Shown here one piece after another: positions 53,356 through 59,942 of a DNA stretch of 64,000 nt (within the stretch, counting starts at the first letter, position 1; every line of letters starts with the position of its first letter). Location: the NCBI GenBank assembly GCA_963751455.1, contig CAVVUN010000002.1, forward strand, positions 192,001 to 256,000, read 5' to 3'. The position numbers and the translations under genes are program-made. The notes under the pieces were generated by a model. That model was not told the origin of the DNA. It ran no database searches and saw nothing but the letters and a program-made list of their open reading frames with translations. This stretch comes from Nitrospirota bacterium (GTDB taxonomy: Bacteria; Nitrospirota; UBA9217).

Positions 53356-56300
53356 CTAACGGTTTTTTACCCGGGCCTGGACGGTTGATTGCCTGCCGTC
53401 CCGTACGAATGTAATTGAAATTCTCTGGCCGGGTTTTAACTTTTTCAGAATGTCCGAAAAATCATTCAAGCCGGTAACCGGCAGGGAGTTTACTTGAATA
53501 ATCACGTCGCCGCTTTTCAATCCCGCCGTTTCGGCGGGCGATCCTTCGACTACATCTGAAAGCCTGAAGCCTTCCCCCCTGAAGGAAAAGTCCGGAATTG
53601 TCCCAAAACTCACTTTCCTTTCCGTTTTGGAGGCAGTTTGCCCGGCCTTGCCCGCTTTCAGGGTCGATGAAAGAGGTCTATCGCGGCCGGCAAGATACTC
53701 GACAACCTCTTTCGCTACAGCTGCAACTTTTGCCAATCCCTCGGCGTCAATCTTTTCCGCGGTATCGGTGGGACGATGATAGTCGAGATGGGCGCCCGAG
53801 AACAGCTGAACAGCGGGGACGCCTGCTTCCTGGAAGCTCTTCTGATCGCTCGTATCGAGTTCTTCGGAGACCATCTCGACTTCGACACCGGTCGCAAATC
53901 CTGCGCCGCGAAAAATATGGACCCATTCTTTGGCCGACCCTCCGCCGAACACCAGCAGTTTCTTTTTCCCGAGCCTGCCCACGGTATCGAGGTTCACCAT
54001 GCCGATGCATTTCGAGACGGGATATTTCTTCTCAGTGGCGACGTAATAACGCGACCCAAGCTTCCCTTCTTCTTCTCCGGTGAAAGCCGCAAATACGACG
54101 CTCCGGTCCGGTTCATGGTTTTCCTTCATGACTTTTGCCAGTTCCAGAAGCACGGCCGCTCCGCTTGCATTGTCGTCAGCTCCAGGATGGACAATGCCTT
54201 TGTCCTCTTTCCTTCCGATCGTTTCACCGAGCCCCAAATGGTCGAAATGGGCGCCGACCACGACGCTCTGTTGCTCAAGTTCCGGCTTCCTGCCGGGGAT
54301 GAAGCCTATTACGTTCTTCATCGTTATCTTTCGCGCGGAGTCGGTCCACGTCTGGTAATAGCTTCCGTTCTCTCCCCCGGCAACGAGGCCCGCTTCCTTG
54401 AACTCCGCCGCGATGTATTCGGCCGCTTTATCGATTTCAGGAGTGCCTATCTTCCTGCCCTTCAGCGCATCGCTCGAAAGGTACTTCACGGTTTCCATCA
54501 TTCGCTCTTCTGAATAGACCCGGGGAAGAGAAATCAATGCTTTCCGCGGAGAAAGTTTTCCCATTTCTACGCGGGGAGTGTTCGGGTCGTTTTTCTGAAA
54601 AAAGGCCGTCAAGGGAGAATCGACAACGGGCCAGCGGCCTTTTGCAACATTCGACGGCTCATCGCCTTCAAATGCAAGGTAGCTGTACTTATGGTAGTGC
54701 GGCAGCTTTCTGCCGAGGCCCGGAACGGATCGGGCATGATCCGCGCCGATGAACATAAGACCCATGTCCTTGCTTCGTGGATTTCGTGCCGTTAAGACGA
54801 CGTCGTGGTTTTCCCGAGGTATTTCGTTTTTCCCGATCTTGACGTTTTTTCCGGTAAAGCCTACTTCGTAGCCGCTCCACGCCGGCAACGCCTCCTGCAG
54901 CAGGCTGTTTTCCCAGCCGAGGATCGCGACTGCCCGGTCTGCGGGCAGATTCTTTACTTCGTTGTCGAATTTCACCTCGGTTTCATCCGGGCCCGATTCG
55001 GCAAGTATTTCGGCCAGCGCTTTATACGCGCTGAGCAGCTCTTTATCCGCAGAGGCAGGCAGAACGATCAGCATTTTATTTGCTCCCAGCGCCTGACTGA
55101 TTGCCGGAGGAATTTCATCCTTGTCGAGCCTGCGGAAAATGTCGAATTCAGGATCGATATCGATGCGCAGAGGGCGAGATGGAACAGTCAGAACCGCTTC
55201 CTGCTCTTTTTCATTCATGGATATAATTGTCTGAAACGCTTTTTCGTGCCCTTCCATGGTGACCGCAACAGGGATGTTCAGCTTGTAGGCTTTTCCGGGC
55301 TGGGTTTGCTGCAGACGCGCAGTTATCGTGTACGATCCCTGCTGCTTTCCATCGTCCTTCGTCCCACGTCCCTCGTTTCTTGACACGACGTCTTCGAGCC
55401 TGAGCTCCGGCGCGCCTGCCCTGGTCACCCACTGCTCGAATTCAATTTTGAGATTTTTCCCTGACGCTGACTCGAAACTTTTCTCCAACTCGTCGAACCC
55501 GGCTAAACGAAATGTGTAGGTCCGGTAGAAGTCACGGACAGCGGCAATGAAGGCTTCATCTCCCAGCTCGAGACGCAGCATATGAAAGAACATGAGGGCC
55601 TTGCCGTAGCCGACTGCTTCAGTGGAGGCGCTGTGGCGCGACGTGAACTCTGTGAGCGGGAAGTCGCGCGAACTGAAAACATAGTCGGCGTATTTCTGAA
55701 GCGTGGTCAACCGGTATTCGGCGCCCGCGCCCTGCTGCTCCTTGAGCAGGTGGTCGGCAAGATATGCAGTCAGCCCCTCGGACCAGTTGCCTTTGCCGTA
55801 AACCGGGTAAACACCGTTGCCCCACCAGGTATGCAGTATCTCATGCGGATAGGAAGTATTGATGATGAACGGAAGCCGAAGGACCGTGGATCCGAGCAGC
55901 GTGAATGAAGGCATGCCAAACCCGGTCTCCCAGAAGTTCTCGACCAGGGCGAATTTTTCATAGGGATAGGGTCCTATCAGCTTATCGTACATTCCGACAT
56001 ACCGTATGGTTGCCTCCAGGTACTTTTCGGCAAGCGCTTTATCCGGTTTACGAAGAAACACCATGGCAATAAAATCGCCGGACCGCTTTTCGTACGCGCT
56101 GAACCGCGATGCAACCAGGTAAATCTCCTCCTGGGGCTGCGGAGAAATCCAGCGAATTTTGGTAAAATCTTTTGTCTTCTCATATACGGTTCGGCTTCCC
56201 TGGCTCACTGCATCCCACCCGGCCGGCAGGTCGACGTTCAGCGTGAACGTGACGAGCTCGGTTTCGAAGACCGGATACCAGGCAGAGCTGCCGGCAAGGT

Positions 56301-56745
56301 AAACACCTTCGTCGGCAATGCTGCCCGCAGTATGGTCGAATCCGCGCGCCTGGTTTTTGCCGGAGCTTTCCAGAGGATGATAAATGTCCCCTTGATAGCG
56401 GATTGTTACGGTATTCTTGCCTGCGGGCGCCTTGAGAGTAAAGGCTTCGCCGGGAATACCGCCTGCCTGCGGTCCCTCTTTCGAAATTTGAACACCCGGA
56501 TCAGTCGAAGAAGGGTTCAAACCGGTGTGAAGAAGGAACCGCAACTGCTTCATATTGCCGGGAAGTGTGACCGTGTCCGTTACAGCCAGACGGTGAGATG
56601 CGGGGTCGAGCGATACTTTCAATTCGTGATGCAGAAGGTTCGCGCCGGCAGCGGGAAGGGGAAATATGATAGCGCCGGCCGCACACAAAAAGATCAGTTG
56701 AAGAAAATTGAACCAGTTCCTTCTATCCTTGGTACAAATTTTCAT
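53356..56745 (-). CDS. Secreted M1 aminopeptidase + M28 peptidase + PDZ multidomain protein
   Basis: HEILH...WSEGL (M1); GAHFDH, GADDNASG, GEEEG, DYH (M28); C-terminal PDZ. Confidence 0.88.
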   Translation of the reverse strand: MKICTKDRRNWFNFLQLIFLCAAGAIIFPLPAAGANLLHHELKVSLDPASHRLAVTDTVTLPGNMKQLRFLLHTGLNPSSTDPGVQISKEGPQAGGIPGEAFTLKAPAGKNTVTIRYQGDIYHPLESSGKNQARGFDHTAGSIADEGVYLAGSSAWYPVFETELVTFTLNVDLPAGWDAVSQGSRTVYEKTKDFTKIRWISPQPQEEIYLVASRFSAYEKRSGDFIAMVFLRKPDKALAEKYLEATIRYVGMYDKLIGPYPYEKFALVENFWETGFGMPSFTLLGSTVLRLPFIINTSYPHEILHTWWGNGVYPVYGKGNWSEGLTAYLADHLLKEQQGAGAEYRLTTLQKYADYVFSSRDFPLTEFTSRHSASTEAVGYGKALMFFHMLRLELGDEAFIAAVRDFYRTYTFRLAGFDELEKSFESASGKNLKIEFEQWVTRAGAPELRLEDVVSRNEGRGTKDDGKQQGSYTITARLQQTQPGKAYKLNIPVAVTMEGHEKAFQTIISMNEKEQEAVLTVPSRPLRIDIDPEFDIFRRLDKDEIPPAISQALGANKMLIVLPASADKELLSAYKALAEILAESGPDETEVKFDNEVKNLPADRAVAILGWENSLLQEALPAWSGYEVGFTGKNVKIGKNEIPRENHDVVLTARNPRSKDMGLMFIGADHARSVPGLGRKLPHYHKYSYLAFEGDEPSNVAKGRWPVVDSPLTAFFQKNDPNTPRVEMGKLSPRKALISLPRVYSEERMMETVKYLSSDALKGRKIGTPEIDKAAEYIAAEFKEAGLVAGGENGSYYQTWTDSARKITMKNVIGFIPGRKPELEQQSVVVGAHFDHLGLGETIGRKEDKGIVHPGADDNASGAAVLLELAKVMKENHEPDRSVVFAAFTGEEEGKLGSRYYVATEKKYPVSKCIGMVNLDTVGRLGKKKLLVFGGGSAKEWVHIFRGAGFATGVEVEMVSEELDTSDQKSFQEAGVPAVQLFSGAHLDYHRPTDTAEKIDAEGLAKVAAVAKEVVEYLAGRDRPLSSTLKAGKAGQTASKTERKVSFGTIPDFSFRGEGFRLSDVVEGSPAETAGLKSGDVIIQVNSLPVTGLNDFSDILKKLKPGQRISITFVRDGRQSTVQARVKNR

Positions 56746-56783
56746 ATATTCCTTCCCGTCGAGCTCGAAATAGAAAACCTTTT

Positions 56784-56970
56784 GTAACTATTCAGCTTCT
56801 TTTCAGAATGGCACTATGACAAATCTGAGAAAAAGCCTTCTATCCGCAGATTTCGTACCCTGCTGTTGCCAAAGCGCGGGCACAAGCAGATGGACGCAGA
56901 TTTTAAAACAAGGATTCTGATTTTGTTTTGTCTGCGAAATCTGCGGATAAAAAATGACCTGAGTAGTTAC
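56784..56970. mobile_element. 187-bp MITE with 12-bp IRs and 8-bp target duplication
   Basis: GTAACTATTCAG...CTGAGTAGTTAC flanked by AACCTTTT at 56776-56783 and 56971-56978. Confidence 0.8.
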
Positions 56971-57067
56971 AACCTTTTTTTATTATATCGTTGAAACGAT
57001 CCCATATCAATCACCTTTCGTGTTATCGTACACCTGCTAAATTGGCGGGAAATACGGGAAATAGTAA

Positions 57068-57096
57068 TTGACACTTCGTGCGCGCTCCACTATCAT
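57068..57096 (+). promoter_or_regulatory. sigma70 promoter upstream of the WYL gene
   Basis: TTGACA-N17-TATCAT. Confidence 0.65.
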
Positions 57097-57119
57097 CAAT
57101 CCAAAATTGATCCACACTG

Positions 57120-57402
57120 AACTATGATGCATTCGTAAGAAGTCAGAAAACACCCAATTTCGTCATACCGGCGAACGCCGGTATCCAGTCTTTTCAATAA
57201 GTTCGATAACCACTGGACCCCGGTTTTCACCGGGGAGACGACTTTTTACGAGATCATCAACTATGAAGAAAGCGCAAGAAGTCAAGATTTGCCACAGAGC
57301 ACACAGAGAGCACAGAGGTAAGGCTTTAAAAAACTAAAGATTTTCTCTGAGTCCTCTGTGACCTCTGTGGCTAAAAAAGACTTTTACGAATCTATCAACT
57401 AT
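57120..57402. repeat. Two tandem ~139-bp MITE-like units with shared termini and different interiors
   Basis: AACTAT at 57120, 57259, 57397; each unit reads GA..CG(T/C)AAGAAGTC ... GACTTTT(T)ACGA..ATC. Confidence 0.7.
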
Positions 57403-57476
57403 ACTTCTCGATCACTCATCCCGGGATTCCCTTTCTTAATACGTCACGCTGGACAGAACCGATTAAAGGAGTCATC

Positions 57477-58532
57477 ATGGACCTCTTCGATCGTATCTAC
57501 AGTCTGGACCATATACTTCGTCAAACGCGCTATCCGGTCACACTCAAAGTCTTGCAGGAAAAGCTGGAATGCTCCCGCGCCACCGTTAACCGTCTTATTC
57601 ATAATATGCGGCTTTTTCTCGGCGCTCCTATTCTCTACGACCGGGAGGCTGAAGGATATTGTTACTCGAACAACGGTGAACATCCTTACGAACTTCCCGG
57701 GTTGTGGTTCAACGCGTCCGAGCTGCACGCAATGCTTGCGGCCCAGCGTTTTTTTGAGGCGGTGCAGCCCGGCTTGCTTGAAAGCCATATATCGCCGTTA
57801 AAGGACCGTATCAGGCAGATACTGCAATCAAGACATGGGGGCGGGGGCGAGATAACACGCCGCGTCAGAATTCTCGGCATGAGCTGCCGGACCGCCGACC
57901 CCGAGCATTTCAAGATTGCTGCAGGCGCCGTGCTTCAGCGAAAACAGCTCGGTATCGTGTATCACGGACGAACCAGTAACAAAATCAATGACCGCACCAT
58001 CTCTCCGCAGCGCCTCGTCCATTATCGCGACAATTGGTATCTTGACGGTTGGGACCACGGAAAACGCGCTCTTCGGACTTTCTCAATCGACCGCATCAGA
58101 AAGGTCCGCATGCTCGATAGAAAAGCAAAGGACATTCCGGATACCAGGCTCGACGCTCATTTTGCCTCCGCCTACGGTATTTTCGCCGGGAAGCCTGGCA
58201 AGAAGGCCGTCCTGCGCTTCTCGCCGGAACGCAGCCGATGGGTGGCTGATGAAACATGGCATCCGCGGCAAAAGGGCCGCTTTGAGGGAGAACATTACAT
58301 TCTCGAAGTGCCCTACGCCGATTCACGGGAGCTGGTCATGGACATCCTGAAGCACGGACCGGAGGTCGAAGTCCTGAGCCCCGCGTCTCTGCGGGCAGAA
58401 GTGATCAGTTCCCTGAACAAGGCACTGCTTAGGCAGCAACAGGTGCGGATGAAAGCGAAAAAACGAAGGCTTCCGTGGATAAGATCATGTGCCAAACCTC
58501 GGGCCGGATCGTTATGTAACGCCCCTCGCTAG
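57477..58532 (+). CDS. HTH-WYL-WCX transcriptional regulator (YafY/PafBC/DriD-like)
   Basis: N-terminal wHTH (LECSRATVNR), SPQRLVHYRDNWYLDGWDH, RTFSIDRI, WHPRQ, VEVLSPASLR. Confidence 0.92.
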   Translation: MDLFDRIYSLDHILRQTRYPVTLKVLQEKLECSRATVNRLIHNMRLFLGAPILYDREAEGYCYSNNGEHPYELPGLWFNASELHAMLAAQRFFEAVQPGLLESHISPLKDRIRQILQSRHGGGGEITRRVRILGMSCRTADPEHFKIAAGAVLQRKQLGIVYHGRTSNKINDRTISPQRLVHYRDNWYLDGWDHGKRALRTFSIDRIRKVRMLDRKAKDIPDTRLDAHFASAYGIFAGKPGKKAVLRFSPERSRWVADETWHPRQKGRFEGEHYILEVPYADSRELVMDILKHGPEVEVLSPASLRAEVISSLNKALLRQQQVRMKAKKRRLPWIRSCAKPRAGSLCNAPR

Positions 58533-58543
58533 ACGGAGACTGA

Positions 58544-59181
58544 ATGGCCTATATATTCATGATGAGTCGGGGGACCTTGGATTTGATTTCACGAAGCGAG
58601 GCACAACGAAATATTTTCTGATAACGTTCTTGTTCATAGAAAATAAGAGACCCGTAGAAAAATGCATACGGAAAGTCCGGGCCGGCCTGCGCAATAAACT
58701 GACCGGAGTGGGAAGGGTTTTGCATGCCTATCACGAAAAGCCGGTCACACGATTACGATTGCTGCGGTGCATAGTCGAAAAAGACGCATCGATAATAGTC
58801 ATCGCTCTCAATAAACGGAAAGTTTATACGAAATTACAAGAAGAGAAAGCGGTACTGTATAACTACGTCACGAATATCCTGTTGGACAGGATTTTCACTA
58901 AAAAACTTATTCCGTTTGAAAGTGACGTATATCTCATCGCTTCCAAGCGAGAGACCAACAAATTTCTAAATGAAAACTTTCGCGACTATTTGCAAAGGCA
59001 GGCGATAAACAACCACGGCGTTGAACTGACGGTGAATATAAAAACACCATCGGAAGAAAAAGCGCTGCAGGCCGTTGATTTTGTGAGTTGGGCCATCTTC
59101 AGGAAGTATGAACACGGGGACGATGATTACTACAAGGTCATAAAAAGGACGATCGTGGAGGAGAACCCGTTATTTCCCTAA
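58544..59181 (+). CDS. DUF3800 family (RNase H-like fold) protein; -1 frameshift at ~58560 separates the natural start from the body
   Basis: DESGDLG and LQAVDFVSWA motifs. GGAGA RBS + ATG 58544 gives MAYIFM, one base short of in-frame DESG. Confidence 0.8.
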
Positions 59182-59251
59182 AAACGACAAAGCCTCATTC
59201 GCTATTTACGAGGCGCCATTCCGGTACCCCACGAACGAGGACTTACTTGTC
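59180..59251 (-). ncRNA. Candidate DUF3800-associated structured small RNA
   Basis: Own promoter; GACAA..CCUCGUUCGU pairs with GCGAAUGAGG..UUGUC, followed by UUUUU. Confidence 0.65.
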
Positions 59252-59257
59252 ATTATT

Positions 59258-59286
59258 ATGATACTGATTATAGGCAGGGTTGTCAA
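59258..59286 (-). promoter_or_regulatory. Convergent sigma70 promoter for the small RNA
   Basis: TTGACA-N17-TATCAT on the minus strand. Confidence 0.7.
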
Positions 59287-59358
59287 GGCTGAAAAAGCGT
59301 AAAAAGGCTCTGAGCGCGCTTGAAGGAGGACGTGGCTAAGCAACAGAAAAAATAATAG

Positions 59359-59393
59359 CAGGCTCATGTTCTGAGACTGGCAATATATATAAT
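59359..59393 (+). promoter_or_regulatory. Palindromic operator + -10 box upstream of exonuclease-cas3
   Basis: CAGGCTCA-N5-TGAGACTG followed by TATAAT (59388-59393); no consensus -35. Confidence 0.5.
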
Positions 59394-59429
59394 CGGCAAG
59401 CTAAAGCAGCGGAAGGGGGAGGCAGCTTC

Positions 59430-59942
59430 TTGTCGGATCGTTACATCGTAATTGATGTTGAGACAACAGGCTTGTCGCCGCAACGAGGGGGACGGGTTAT
59501 AGAAATCGGCGCTGTTGCGGTGGACGGCGGTAAAATCGTAGATGATTACCATTCGTTAATCGATTCGGGAAAGCGAATAACATTACAGGCTCAACAAGTC
59601 CATGGCATCACGAACGAAATGCTAGCAGGCCAGCCGAAGCCGGACCAAGTGTTTCCTGAGTTTCACCGGTTCATCGGGGACGGATCACTTGTGGCCCATA
59701 ATGCAAGTTTCGATATGACGTTCCTGCGGTACGAGTTCGGCCGTCTCGGCCTGGGCTTTAGCAATTCCTATCACTGCACACTCGCGATGTGCAGAAGGCT
59801 TTTTCCGGGTCTGAGAGACCACAAGCTGCAAACGGTTTATTGCCACTTATTCGGCGCGCCACCTGAGGGCGCGAGGCCCCACCGGGCGTTGGACGACGCG
59901 AGGATGACAGCGAGGGTGTGGATGGAGATGAGGAAATTATGA
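59430..59942 (+). CDS. Stand-alone DEDDh 3'-5' exonuclease (DnaQ-like)
   Basis: ExoI DVETTG, ExoII HNASFD, ExoIII HRALDDA; ATGA overlap with cas3. Confidence 0.9.
   Translation: MSDRYIVIDVETTGLSPQRGGRVIEIGAVAVDGGKIVDDYHSLIDSGKRITLQAQQVHGITNEMLAGQPKPDQVFPEFHRFIGDGSLVAHNASFDMTFLRYEFGRLGLGFSNSYHCTLAMCRRLFPGLRDHKLQTVYCHLFGAPPEGARPHRALDDARMTARVWMEMRKL

Noticed and set aside
57120-57402. Repeat units upstream of WYL as the CRISPR array of the I-E system
   Set aside because: The ~139-bp period and inverted ends do not fit 29-bp repeat / 32-bp spacer I-E arrays; no array is visible in this window
58489-58543. ORF-track N-terminal extension of DUF3800
   Set aside because: It overlaps the WYL gene and lacks an RBS; ATG 58544 with an RBS gives the family-typical start
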